Assembly (NCBI RefSeq): GCF_964188315.1
Contig: NC_135663.1
Coordinates: 43,338,001 to 43,402,000 of the forward strand
Length of the DNA stretch: 64,000 nt
Direction of reading: 5' to 3'
Source: Podarcis muralis
Taxonomy: Eukaryota
Below the pieces are notes generated by a model. The model was not told the DNA's origin, ran no database searches, and was given only the letters and a program-made list of their open reading frames with translations. This document shows positions 1 through 11,657 of this stretch, one piece after another (position 1 is the stretch's first letter; every line of letters begins with the position of its first letter). The translations under genes were made by a program, and so were the position numbers.

Positions 1-974
1 CTGGAAAGTTGGCAATGATAATATAAATGGCATAATGTAAAATGAAATATTTAGCCCATTTCTTAATCTGCTAAATATGAAAAAATAGGAAGAAAGTTAA
101 ATAATGCTCAGCTAGGTAGGGGTGTGGATTTCCATCAGCAGCCAGGAATCTATGCTTCCCAAATGCAAGAAGCATCATTTGCTTAGGCATTTTATGGCCT
201 TTGCATCTCTTACTTTGCTTGCAGTGCCCATTTGCCACCTCCACAGAATGTCAAAAGGAAAACAACACATAAAGAATCTTGCCCAGCATATTACTGCATT
301 TTAATAGGAAACAGACTGGAGCTATATTCTGCCCCCAAAGAATGGGCTTGCATCAGTACCATCTGTGGGTAAAGCAAAACAAGGTAAACAAACTGCACGC
401 TGAGGAGTTAAAATGCACTCTTATTAAAGCTGTTTTGCAAGATCTTTTTTAGTGCATTTGGCAGAATCTTGGGCAAGCTAGAATGGGTCTATAGCCAGCA
501 ATTGCAAAGCATTATATTGCAGCCAGAAAGAGTTGATTGGAAAACTTATCACAAGGGTGGTTATTGTCGAATACTGTCCCAGTTGGCATTCCTTGTGTAT
601 ACAGAAACTTGGACTGCTACCAAACAATGGAAGGAAGAAAATGATATGAGCAAACGAAATGCAAATGTTCACAAACACTTGCTAAAAGATAAAAAAATTA
701 GCATAATCATGTTTCCTCCATTAGATTTTTTTTAACTGTACCAATTATCCAGAGCTGTTCTGAAACAAGGAAATAACTTTTTCACTATCGCAACCATGGA
801 GTTTTAATTAGTGCCATTTTATGCTGTTTCGGGATAAACTTGGGAATGAGAAGGACTCTGAGGCTGCAATCCTAAATGTGCTTAGTAGGGAATAAGCCCC
901 ATTGAACACAATAGGAAACAGACATAGTCTTGCACTTCAAGGAAAGAAGAAGTGCTTGATTTTGGCAAAGGGAT

Positions 975-1338
975 GGTAAAGGTAAAGGTAATGGTAAAGG
1001 GACCCCTGACCATTAGGTCCAGTCGTGGCCGACTCTGGGGTTGTGGGGCTCATCTCACTTTATTGGCCGAGGGAGCCGGCGTACAGCTTCCGGGTCATGT
1101 GGCCAGCATGACTAAGCCGCTTCTGGCGAACCAGAGCAGTGCACAGAAACGCCGTTTACCTTCCCGCTGGAGCGGTACCTATTTATCTACTTCCACTGGC
1201 GCGCTTTTGAACTGCTAGGTTGGCAGGAGCAGGGACCGAGCAACGGGAGCTCACCCTGTTGAGGGGATTCAAACCGCCGACCTTCTGATCAGCAAGTCCT
1301 AGGCTCTGTGGTTTAACCCACAGCTCCACCCATGTCCC
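975..1338 (-). mobile_element. Sauria SINE, full length
   Basis: The reverse complement has a tRNA-like head (GGGTGGAGCTGTGGGTTAAACC...GGTTTGAATCC), the Sauria core and an (ACCTTT)n tail. It is colinear with six other copies in the window. Confidence 0.93.
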
Positions 1339-4300
1339 TTAAAGGGGGGGATGGTAGGAGGCCACAAAAAACAGCTTCATGGGTTGAATCAAGGTCACAA
1401 AACTGTAAATCAGATCCAGGGCATGGATTCACCTCCTTTACTTGAAATCTCCCCCCCCCCCCCAAACCACCCAAAGGGTTGATTTTTGTTAGTATTTCAA
1501 AATTAGGACTGTGACCTTTACAGCACAAGAATCAGAATTAGGATGGAACCACCATTAACAGCTCTCCACTCACTTATAAAATGTGTGTGTTTTATTTTTT
1601 ATTGTTAGGGAGGGGGGTGTTGCTAGGAGAAAGCATCTGGAGGGCTGGGGAAATTTAACACTTCCTTCCCACACTAAAACAACCTACCTTGATCCTTACT
1701 TTATATGTGGGAGGATGTTTACATCGAGAAACATTCCGCCTAATTAAATTTGGCCATCAGAATCAGTAGACCCTAGATCTCTGGAGCAGAAGTCTCTCTT
1801 GAGATTGAAGAGACAATACTCATCACTCCAGAAAAAACAGGAGAAATGTTCCTTTCTGTTTTCAGTTCTGCGCTACAAATAAGAAATTTGTTTGTTTGTT
1901 TTTTGTTTTGTTACATTCCTAAATTGTTTAAATGTTTCTTATTTTGACACTGTAGAATGATTTAGATATTTAAATGCGTTTTGGTACTTTGCAAATTATT
2001 TGGTGAAAGCTGAAATGCACCGTCTGAATGATTTGCAATCTTTATGAGGTTGTTTTTGAAGGAAACTGATTTGTTACACTTTGCGTAATTTGACTTTTAC
2101 TATTATAAAGGTGGCTTACAGTGGAATCCTATGCATGTCGGCTCCGATTTAAGACCTATTAAGTTCGATAGGACACACTGTCAGGTAAACATGGCCTTAA
2201 TTCATTGTGGCTGCTTTAGATGCCCTAGCAAGTCATAAAATCTTGAACTTAATGTGTGAGTTGAATCTTAATGCATATATGTATGTCTGTAGAAACAACC
2301 TATTGTACAAATACGAAATTTACATTCATTGATCCACCCACTTTTGACTCTGGTACAGTCCACCACCAGTTCATGCCCTTCAGAGTGTTGCCCAGAACAG
2401 AATGTTGCCTTCAGACTGAAAAAAGATTCCTGACCCACAAATGTGAAGGTATGTTTCCAATTCTTACACACACACATACACACACTGTGGCAAAAGCAAA
2501 TATCCTGATGCACTGCTTTTTCATAACAATTACTAGGAAGAGTCAAGACAGCTATGTCAGAGTGAGCCTTTTATTATCAGCTCCTTTTTATCTACTACTG
2601 TTAGCCTTCCCAAGTACAGGTCTCCAACAGAACCAGTTCTGGCCAAATGCCAGGCATAAAAATGTTTCAGAACAGCCCTTTCTCCATTAGTCCAGTGGGG
2701 CAGCTAATGAGTGCCAGAGGCTGTATCAGGTTAACAGCTTCTCTTTTACTATCCAAAAGTGACTATACCTCAGCCCTAACAAACTCACTATAGCAGACCT
2801 TTCTGGTGCATCAGTTCTAGTTTCACTTGTCATAACATGGCACCATGTAAGGGTCATATTTCAGCATATTTCTCCTCCTTTGCATTATAAACTATCCTCA
2901 GCCTGAACAACAGAGATAAACAACAATCTGTATGAACAGCCCTTAACAAGTTGTGTATCTTGAGGTGATGAGTAGCTACCTCTAACAGCACGAGGGATTA
3001 TTCTGCCCCGTAACTGGTTACTATTTCTATCTGAACAATTATTAATTTATGTATCAAGCAGATATCCTGAATGCCTGCCTCTGGAGGTCCCATTATCCAG
3101 GCTTGAAGATGAAGAACAAACTGTCTGTGGCAACTGGAGTCAGGAAGAATCCCAAAGGGAGATGCTGGAAAGATTAAGGTATAAGCCTATATATTCCATA
3201 ACCCCATCTGGCTCCTGGGCCTAAGGTTTCCTACATACATAATTGAAGCTATCAATTGCTATTAAAGCTACATCTTAGAACTACAAATATGAAACTGCAG
3301 TCTAAGCACTCTATAGACCAGCATGACAAATGAGATGAAACAATTAGCAATTTAAATGCCTGTCCCAACATCGTATCTAAGAGCAGATTGAAACCAAAGG
3401 GTTTTCAAGTCCCATTTAAAATATGGTAAAGGCATATGTCCATTGAGGGGGAGTTCCACAAAGATTAGGTGGACTGAGGCAGGCACTGCAGGCAGATGAT
3501 TTGGGGTGACATGAAATGGAAGGAAATTGTTAGTTATTACATCACTTGCCACTACTGTACCTTTACTCCCAAGGAGAGACCATTGTGGAATGGTCTGCCT
3601 AGGTGCCAAACAAACTGGTCTGCCTTGTGCACTATGCACCTTGTGGGGAGTGCCTCCCCCCCTCAAATTGTATTGGGTCAGATCTTACGGAGCCACCACC
3701 GAAAAGGCCCTGACCTTACTGCCTGACAAGGAAAACCTTTAAAACCTAGTAACCCTAACAACAACAGGGCAGAAGCCTGGGAAATCAGTAAGTAAAGCTA
3801 GTTGTTCCTTAGCAATTGGATTACTCGGGCTACAATCCTAAAGACACTTACCTGGCAGTAAGTCTAGATAGATAAAAACTTCTGGATGAACTTCTATAGG
3901 GTTGTGCTGTAAGACACAGTGCCATGAAGCATAAGAACATTGAGTAACATTCCATGTAAGAAGCTTGCCACAAATGTTTGCTTTCTTCTTAAGTGGTAAA
4001 ATACTTGCCAATTAAGAAAATAGCAATCTGAATAGCTTGCTATTCAGTGCTCACTTACCTACTGCTGTGCAGTTCCTGTGTTCAGTCGGAAATGGCAAAG
4101 TCCTAGGAATTGTTTTTGTTCAATGAAATGTTCAATGAAATGTTAGCAAATATTTTTATAGTCTTTGAAATAAAGATGATTCTGTACCAGGAGACTCAGC
4201 AGATGCAGGAACATCAGAAGGATCAGAAAGACCTTGCTATAGCCTTACAGGTTAAGGAAAGATCAGCCAGATGGCAATTAAAATTATCATATATATAGTT

Positions 4301-5114
4301 GCCATCAGTGTCCAGAGCAGGCCACGGGAGACCATAGAGATGAGAAGTGCTGCCTAGAAAGAGACTGCCTTTGGGTGTCCGCCAAAGGAAAACCAATCAG
4401 AACCCCAGAAATTCTCCTTTGCCAGGAGACAGCAAGAGAAGCATTAGATGAAATATATTATCATTGTTCTTTATACCAACATATTCATTCATTCATTTAA
4501 ATTTTAGAGCTTCTTATATTGCATTTCTGTTGCTTTGAATTGTAAACCACTTCAAATATTCTAATAGAAATTCAGAGTATAAATATTAAATCAAATCCAG
4601 ATCTTTTCAAACCATTTGGTATGATTTAGAGGGAAATGAGCCCTTTTTTAAGGAGTTGCACTTACTTAACTTGACAATGCCAGGTTAAAAGAAAAACACC
4701 GTGCCTCTCTTGAAACAGTCTCCTGGAATGACATTGTGACGTCTGTGTGGCAATTCAAATTATTCATTTGCTCTCAAAAATGTAATTACTGAGATATACA
4801 CAATTGAAGTTCATGACACTAATGCTCTTTGGTATTAGAAAATGCTCGTAACTGTCAGGCTCAAGTTTCCCAAATATTGTTCTCTGAAATAGTTTCCAAT
4901 TCTGTTTCAGAAAAGAGGCACATTCACCTCTTAAAACTGAACTATGACTCCATTTCTGCTCAGTTCCCCATTCCCATTTTATCCAGTAGCATCAAAAACA
5001 TTCCATTTCCCTAAATCATTTTTTTTGTATTACCGTAAATACAGAGCAAGGTAAACTCCTGGGAATTTAGTAACCCAAACCTACAGTATAAAAGTATTAC
5101 CACCACATGGAGGT

Positions 5115-5160
<46 letters not shown>

Positions 5161-5255
5161 GGTTTTGGTGTATATATGCTTTCGTAGATTTTCACGGGTA
5201 CAGGAATGCAGGTTTTGGTGTCCTCGGGTATCTTCCCGTGTAAAAGTTGGGGTGT

Positions 5256-5300
5256 CTAGGCGACGTTTCGACGAGGTCTCACTCGTCATCTTCAGGCTGG
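5256..5300 (-). ncRNA. Minimal type I hammerhead ribozyme motif (PLE pseudo-LTR)
   Basis: Reverse complement of CTGAAGA-T-GACGAG-tgagac-CTCGTC-GAAAC-GTC. Confidence 0.7.
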
Positions 5301-5352
5301 TGCTTTCGGCTTCTTGTTACTGGAACAGAGCAGGATCTCAGTGTTTGAGTTC

Positions 5353-7299
5353 CTATAAATACTGTTGAGGAGGTGTGGCCTCCAATGTTCTGGGCAGAGA
5401 GGAAGTTCCCAGGCTAGTGTGCCTTTTCTTCTTTTGTTCCTTAATTGCTTGAGGGATATCTTGAGTGATTTCTTGAGTGATATCCTGAGTACCACTTAGG
5501 TGGGTCATTAGGTGTGGATTAGTTGCTAAAGCCTTTGTGTCTTGACCTCTTGAACTTTGTGAAGAGTTTTTCTGAGAAGATGGGTGTACTACATTTAGTT
5601 GTGCTCTGGCTTGGCTTCGTGTATAGGGGCGAGCTGTGGTTTTGTGGCCTGTGCCAGCCAGATCTGTGTAGGGATTGCAGGGGGGTGCAGCATCCGGAGG
5701 TGCCACCATGGTTTGGCTACTGGATGGTGTCTGTAATTTATCTGTGGAGAGGGTCTGGGTTTGGGTCTGGTGTGGTTGATTGGTGATGGCGTTCTGTGTG
5801 CCTCTGGATCTGGTGTCAGTTTTTGTGGGGAGGGCTAATTTCCAGATGTCTGGCAAGCGGGATGTGTCGTCACGCTTGTTCATGTTGTGAGGGTGTTTCT
5901 CTATCTCGATGGCTTCCATGATTATTCTCTTGTGGTGATGTTCCATGTTAGAGAGCAATTTGGAATCTGCAAAATTAATTTCGTGTCCTGTTTCTTTCAT
6001 GTGTTGGAAGAGAGAGGAAGTTTTTTCTTCTTTTTTGACGGCATTCTTGTGTTCTGCGATACGTGCATTTATTCGTCTGTTTGTTTGTCCAATGTACGTG
6101 GCTGGGCAGACTTTGCAGGGTATTTCATAGACCCCTTGGTTTTCCAACTGGATTTTATCCTTGGGGTTTCTGAGGATATTGGCTATTTTTTGGTTGGCGC
6201 AAAAGGCTGTTTTGATATTGTGTTTATGGAGGATTTTGCTAATTTTATCTGTAGTGCCCTTGATATAAGGAAGGAGGGCCATGCCATTGTTTTCTTCTGT
6301 GTCTTGGTTTTTGGGGGGTGTTTCTTTTTGGATTAGCTTCGTAACCCTGTTTTGCTGGTATCCATTGGCAATTAACACATTTGAGAGATTCTGTAACTCA
6401 GTTGTCAAGTGGTCTTTGTCAGCCAGGCGTTTGGTTCTGGAGATGAGAGTCTTGGCTACGGAGTTTATTTGTGCAGGGTGGTGGTGTGATTGTGCATGTA
6501 AGTAGCGGTTGGTGTGTGTTTTTTTCCGGTAGATAGTGTGTCCTAGGGAGCCATCAGGTTTTTTGTAGATTAGGACGTCAAGAAAGGGAAGTTGGTTGTT
6601 GGCTTCTATTTCCATAGTGAATTGTATTTTGGGGTGTAGGCTGTTGAGATGTGTGAGGAAGCTGTCCAGTTTTTCCTTCCCGTGTGGCCAAATTACAAAG
6701 GTGTCGTCAACATATCTGAGCCAAAGTTTGGGTTTGTGTTCTGACTTGTCTAAAGCATTGGTTTCAAAGTGTTCCATGTACAGGTTTGCGATGACCGGTG
6801 AGAGGGGTGATCCCATAGGTGCTCCTTCTATCTGTTTGTATCTTTGTCCATTGTGGATGAAGTACGTGTTGGTTAGGCAGTGGTTGGTCAGGTCCAAGAT
6901 GTATTCGGGGGGATTGTATTTGTTTTGAATGGCTGTCAAGGCTTCATTAATGGGCACTTGTGTGAAGAGAGATACAACATCGAAGCTCACAAGTAGGTCA
7001 TAGCCAATTTCCTCAGAAACCCCAAGGATAAAATCCAGTTGGAAAACCAAGGGGTCTATGAAATACCCTGCAAAGTCTGCCCAGCCACGTACATTGGACA
7101 AACAAACAGACGAATAAATGCACGTATCGCAGAACACAAGAATGCCGTCAAAAAAGAAGAAAAAACTTCCTCTCTCTTCCAACACATGAAAGAAACAGGA
7201 CACGAAATTAATTTTGCAGATTCCAAATTGCTCTCTAACATGGAACATCACCACAAGAGAATAATCATGGAAGCCATCGAGATAGAGAAACACCCTCAC
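5353..7299 (-). CDS. PLE reverse transcriptase (N-terminally truncated) + GIY-YIG endonuclease + S/T/Q-rich tail; the first ~96 codons are antisense of the right arm
   Basis: RT motifs LVSFDVVSLFT, GAPMGSPLSP, WLRYVDDTF and LPFLDV, thumb YRKKTHT..YL...SHH, and EN motif GVYEIPCKVCPATYIGQTNR..R..EH. No stops or frameshifts. The listed start is GTG; the first in-frame ATG is at 7248. Confidence 0.92.
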   Translation of the reverse strand: MRVFLYLDGFHDYSLVVMFHVREQFGICKINFVSCFFHVLEERGSFFFFFDGILVFCDTCIYSSVCLSNVRGWADFAGYFIDPLVFQLDFILGVSEEIGYDLLVSFDVVSLFTQVPINEALTAIQNKYNPPEYILDLTNHCLTNTYFIHNGQRYKQIEGAPMGSPLSPVIANLYMEHFETNALDKSEHKPKLWLRYVDDTFVIWPHGKEKLDSFLTHLNSLHPKIQFTMEIEANNQLPFLDVLIYKKPDGSLGHTIYRKKTHTNRYLHAQSHHHPAQINSVAKTLISRTKRLADKDHLTTELQNLSNVLIANGYQQNRVTKLIQKETPPKNQDTEENNGMALLPYIKGTTDKISKILHKHNIKTAFCANQKIANILRNPKDKIQLENQGVYEIPCKVCPATYIGQTNRRINARIAEHKNAVKKEEKTSSLFQHMKETGHEINFADSKLLSNMEHHHKRIIMEAIEIEKHPHNMNKRDDTSRLPDIWKLALPTKTDTRSRGTQNAITNQPHQTQTQTLSTDKLQTPSSSQTMVAPPDAAPPCNPYTDLAGTGHKTTARPYTRSQARAQLNVVHPSSQKNSSQSSRGQDTKALATNPHLMTHLSGTQDITQEITQDIPQAIKEQKKKRHTSLGTSSLPRTLEATPPQQYL

Positions 7300-7833
7300 A
7301 ACATGAACAAGCGTGACGACACATCCCGCTTGCCAGACATCTGGAAATTAGCCCTCCCCACAAAAACTGACACCAGATCCAGAGGCACACAGAACGCCAT
7401 CACCAATCAACCACACCAGACCCAAACCCAGACCCTCTCCACAGATAAATTACAGACACCATCCAGTAGCCAAACCATGGTGGCACCTCCGGATGCTGCA
7501 CCCCCCTGCAATCCCTACACAGATCTGGCTGGCACAGGCCACAAAACCACAGCTCGCCCCTATACACGAAGCCAAGCCAGAGCACAACTAAATGTAGTAC
7601 ACCCATCTTCTCAGAAAAACTCTTCACAAAGTTCAAGAGGTCAAGACACAAAGGCTTTAGCAACTAATCCACACCTAATGACCCACCTAAGTGGTACTCA
7701 GGATATCACTCAAGAAATCACTCAAGATATCCCTCAAGCAATTAAGGAACAAAAGAAGAAAAGGCACACTAGCCTGGGAACTTCCTCTCTGCCCAGAACA
7801 TTGGAGGCCACACCTCCTCAACAGTATTTATAG
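7039..7833 (+). CDS. GIY-YIG endonuclease and C-terminal tail in the inverted arm of PLE insertion 1 (5'-truncated)
   Basis: Identical in translation to the C-terminal 264 aa of the 5353-7299 ORF. Confidence 0.8.
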   Translation: MENQGVYEIPCKVCPATYIGQTNRRINARIAEHKNAVKKEEKTSSLFQHMKETGHEINFADSKLLSNMEHHHKRIIMEAIEIEKHPHNMNKRDDTSRLPDIWKLALPTKTDTRSRGTQNAITNQPHQTQTQTLSTDKLQTPSSSQTMVAPPDAAPPCNPYTDLAGTGHKTTARPYTRSQARAQLNVVHPSSQKNSSQSSRGQDTKALATNPHLMTHLSGTQDITQEITQDIPQAIKEQKKKRHTSLGTSSLPRTLEATPPQQYL

Positions 7834-7885
7834 GAACTCAAACACTGAGATCCTGCTCTGTTCCAGTAACAAGAAGCCGAAAGCA

Positions 7886-7930
7886 CCAGCCTGAAGATGA
7901 CGAGTGAGACCTCGTCGAAACGTCGCCTAG
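7886..7930 (+). ncRNA. Minimal type I hammerhead ribozyme motif
   Basis: CTGAAGA (7891-7897), 6-bp stem II GACGAG/CTCGTC, GAAA (7917-7920) and loop-less stem III ACGT. Predicted GUC cleavage after 7924. Stem I is weak. Confidence 0.7.
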
Positions 7931-8701
7931 ACACCCCAACTTTTACACGGGAAGATACCCGAGGACACCAAAACCTGCATATATATATATATATATATAT
8001 ACAATAAAAAATAAAATCATCTCAATATTTATTTTTAATTAGAAAGGTGTTCAGTATTGCCAAGTGTGGAACTGTGTCAACATATTATTATTTAGCAATT
8101 TTATTTTGTGGGACCCACCTCTTTTGCTGAAATTATATTGTTCTGGGTTGTTTTTAAAATTATAATGGGTTTATAGTTGTATGTTACATTGTTGTAATGG
8201 ACCCTGGGACCTTGTGGTGAGCAGTGGGTAAGAAATATTCAGCAGCCTCAGCTCTTGTAGCTGCAGTCAGTCAGGACTCCACCTTCCCAGGCCAGGTGGA
8301 AAAAGGCTTGCAAGGTAGGGATCAGATCTTCCAGGACTCACAGCCAAGATAGCGTGCTGTGGCAGATTGTCCTAGTACTAGAAATGTCCTGCAATCAGTG
8401 ACAAAACTGTACCAGCTGTGGAGCAGCAGCAGTTTGTTTCCTTTTTAATCAGAAGGAATTGGTTGCATTCAACTAACTTTTACTTAGGGATGCCCCATTG
8501 AAATGAATGAACCTAAGTTAGTTGAACTCAGCCCAGTGTTTCCAATGGGAGGTAAATGGTTAACACACAAAAACCTTGTCAACAGAGCCTGGCAAAGTCT
8601 TGGATAAAGCAGATGAACTCTTTTCAGGCTCACACCCCTTACTTTGGGGATTGCATCCTAACTGTAGCACAATAGTGAACCCAATAATCATATTCTATAT
8701 A

Positions 8702-8929
8702 CAGTGGTGCCTCGGGTTAAGTACGAGTTAATTCGTTCTGGAGGTCTGTTCTTAACCTGAAATTGTTCTTAACCTGAAGCACCACTTTAGCTAATGGGGC
8801 CCCCTGCTGCCACCACACCGCCAGAGCACGATTCTGTTCTTATCCTGAAGCAAAGTTCTTAACCTGAAGCACTGTTTCTGGGTTAGCAGAGTGTGTAACC
8901 TGAAGCGTATGTAACCCGAGGTACCACTG
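8702..8929 (+). mobile_element. Tc1/mariner (Tigger-like) MITE
   Basis: TIR CAGTGGT(G/A)CCTCGGGTTA...TAACCCGAGGTACCACTG with TA on both sides. Same family as 20324, 56011 and 58110. Confidence 0.85.
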
Positions 8930-9614
8930 TACTTGGTTTACAGATGTTATCTAAAAGGTTTTTCTCTCCCTTCATGAAGAAACAAGGCACCATTTAATTC
9001 TTTTTGAAATAAATTAATCCATGCATTGATTTCTCAACCCCTGACTTTTTAAAAATACATTTTTATATATAAAATCCCAGTGTATATAAAAGAACACGAC
9101 TGCAGTTTTCCATATTAAATGGCACGCAGCTGTATTTATTGAACAAACCCATCCACTTTGCTCAAAGTTGTTAGAAGCCTCTGATGGGGTGTTGTCTGAG
9201 CTGTTTGGCTGTTCTTCTGCTGTTTCCTTGAAGTGATGAGGCAGAAAATAGCAGCCAAGAAAGTGAGAGTGGCAGGTCAACAGCTGTGTGTATGTGCTTG
9301 AGTCTGCATTTAGCAAATAAACTGTACTCCCCATTTGAATCATGCTGTCTCATTTGAAGCATGCCACTGAGGATCCTAAATATGGATGGGTTCTGAGCAT
9401 TGCTTGAAAAATGTTTATTTTCACAATATTTTTCTGCTTGTTCATGGAAACGTTAAATGCTTTGGGGACCTATAAAGTGGCTTTGTCCCATAACTCAGGC
9501 TGGCATCAGGTTGGCCACTGTGCAAAAGAAGATGCTGGGTGAGAAAAAAACTTTGATCTGATCCCTAAAGACTCTTAACTAGACTGGGTTATTTCCTTTC
9601 TAATAGTTATCATG

Positions 9615-9981
9615 GTGAAGGTAATGGTAAAGGGGCCCCTGACCATTAGGTCCAGTCGTGACCGACTCTGGGGTTGCGGCGCTCATCTTGTTTTATTGGC
9701 CGAAGGAGCCGGCGTACAGCATCCAGGTCATGTGGCCAGCATGACAAGGCCACTTCTGGCAAACCAGAGCAGCGCACAGAAACGCCGTTTACCTTCCCGC
9801 CGGAGCAGTACCTATTTATCTACTTGCACTTTGACGTGCTTTAAACTGCTAGGTTGGCAGGAGCAGGGACCGAGCAACAGGAGCTCACCCTGTCGCGGGG
9901 ATTCAAACCGCCGACCTTCTGATTGGCAAGTCCTAGGCTCTGTGGCTCTGTGGTTTAACCCACAGTGCCACCCGCGTCCCA
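9615..9981 (-). mobile_element. Sauria SINE with 14-bp TSD
   Basis: TAATAGTTATCATG at 9601-9614 and 9982-9995. Confidence 0.95.
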
Positions 9982-10561
9982 TAATAGTTATCATGACAAC
10001 CCAGGAAAGAACTTTCCTACAACTCTCTCCTCTAGATGCAATGTCTTTTGGCCCCATGGTGCCCTTCCTTAGTGCCTGCAAACGTTCTCTGCCTCTCCCA
10101 ATTTTTATTTTTTTAATTGGGTGGCAATGGCTTGGGTGCTTTGTGATTGTTTGCCTGTGCTTCATTTGGGGGGGGGGGGCTTTTTGGAGACGAGGGGGTA
10201 AGTATTGTGCCTGTTTGTGAAACGTATTGAGTATTTTCAGCTCCCCCCCCCCCCGGTGAAATGGGCATTTTGTGGTTGCTCACAATTTTTTACATTTCCA
10301 GATGTGACCTTCACCAGTACCCATTTGACTTGGTGTAAACACAAGGCTGTTACCTACTGGCTTACTGAGATAGAGGGATAGTTAGGCAATATTCTGTCCA
10401 ATCAAAGTGTGGCACAGCCTAAGAGGTTTCAGCTGAGATGGGGGAGACCTGATTAAGAATGATGAACCTCTTGAGTAAATGGAATTAACATGCATATGCT
10501 GCACAGACTGCACCTGCCTCCCCAATGAAGAAACTCTGTTTTCCACTGTTTTCCAACTTAA

Positions 10562-10945
10562 CTATGCAAAAGCCGAAGAATTGATGCTTTTGAATTATGG
10601 TGCTGGAGGAGACTCCTGAGAGTCCCATGGACTGCAAGAAGATCAAACACATCCATTCTTAAGGAAATCAGCCCTGAGTGCTCACTGGAAGCACAGATCC
10701 TGAAGCTGAGGCTCCAATACTTTGGCCACCTCATGAGAAGAGAAGTCTCCCTGGAAAAGACCCTGATGTTGAGAAAGATGGAGGGCACAAGAAGAAGGGG
10801 ATGACAGAGGACAAGATGGTTGGATAGTGTTCTCGAAGCTACCACCATGAGTTTGACCAAACTGCGGGAGGCAGTGGAAGACAGGAGTGCCTGGCGTGCT
10901 CTGGTCTATGGGGCCATGAAGAGTCGGACTAAACAGCAAGAACTT
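10562..10945 (+). mobile_element. BovB (RTE clade) LINE, 3' fragment
   Basis: GAAGAATTGATGCTTTTGAA..GGTGCTGGAGGAGACTC..GAGAGTCCC..GGACTGCAAG and the 3' UTR ending GAAGAGTCGGACTAAACAGCAA are characteristic of BovB 3' ends. Confidence 0.9.
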
Positions 10946-11003
10946 AAGCCTGGACTAAACAGCAACAACTTAAGCCTGGACTAAACAGCAACAACTTAAG
11001 CCT
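10926..11003 (+). repeat. 3 x 26-bp tandem repeat at the BovB tail
   Basis: GGACTAAACAGCAA(G/C)AACTTAAGCCT at 10926, 10952 and 10978. Confidence 0.95.
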
Positions 11004-11327
11004 GGAAAATAAATGCTTCTCTGATTGGCCAGAGAACAGAAAATTGACAGAAATGTCTCCAGGAGCCTCTCTAAGTTCAAATGGGTTATGGAAAGATGTG
11101 TGGGACAGAAAAAATGTGGTTTTGATATTCTGGGGAAAAACATTTCTAAAAATTGTTTGCTAGGGCTATGCTCTGGTTGCCCTAATGGACCAGGTTCCAT
11201 TGCTCTGGGCCATCAAATGGACCCGCACCAGAAGGCTATGTATCTAGTCATGTGCTTTTTCTGTTCTTCTTTGGGTTGATTAGAATAGGGGGGAAGACAG
11301 CCAGCCTGCTGAGGTAGAGTGGTGTTA

Positions 11328-11657
11328 CATACCCTCCAGCATTTCTCCAAAGAAAATAGGGACGTCCTATTCCATAACAATAATTTTACAATTTATACCC
11401 CATCCATTTGACTGGGTGGCTTCCAACAAATATAAAAACATTCTTTAAAAAACATGAAATATTTAAAAAAAACCTTCCCTATAAAGGGCTGCCTTCAGAC
11501 GGCTCTGGTTTGGATAGCTCCATAGCCTCCAACATTTCTCCAATAAAAATAGGGACTTCCTAAGGAAAAGTGGGACATTCCAGGATCAAATCAGAAACTG
11601 GGAGGGCTTCTGTAAATCTGGGACTATTCCTGGAAAATAGGGACACTTGGAGGCATG
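11328..11657. mobile_element. Decayed hAT-like MITE
   Basis: Terminal CATACCCTCC...GGAGGCATG, and an internal direct repeat CCTCCA.CATTTCTCCAA...AAATAGGGAC that occurs twice. Confidence 0.55.

Larger units (their letters stand above)
5157..7979. mobile_element. Penelope-like retroelement insertion 1 (5'-truncated RT-EN copy on minus plus inverted 3' copy on plus), flanked by (TA)n
   Basis: Arms 5207-6175 and 7011-7979 (969 bp) are reverse complements around an 835-bp spacer that encodes the RT. (TA)n lies at about 5118-5156 and 7980-8000. Confidence 0.95.

Noticed and set aside
10926-11003. CRISPR-like direct repeats of 26 bp
   Set aside because: The units are contiguous with no spacers, the context is eukaryotic and there are no cas genes.
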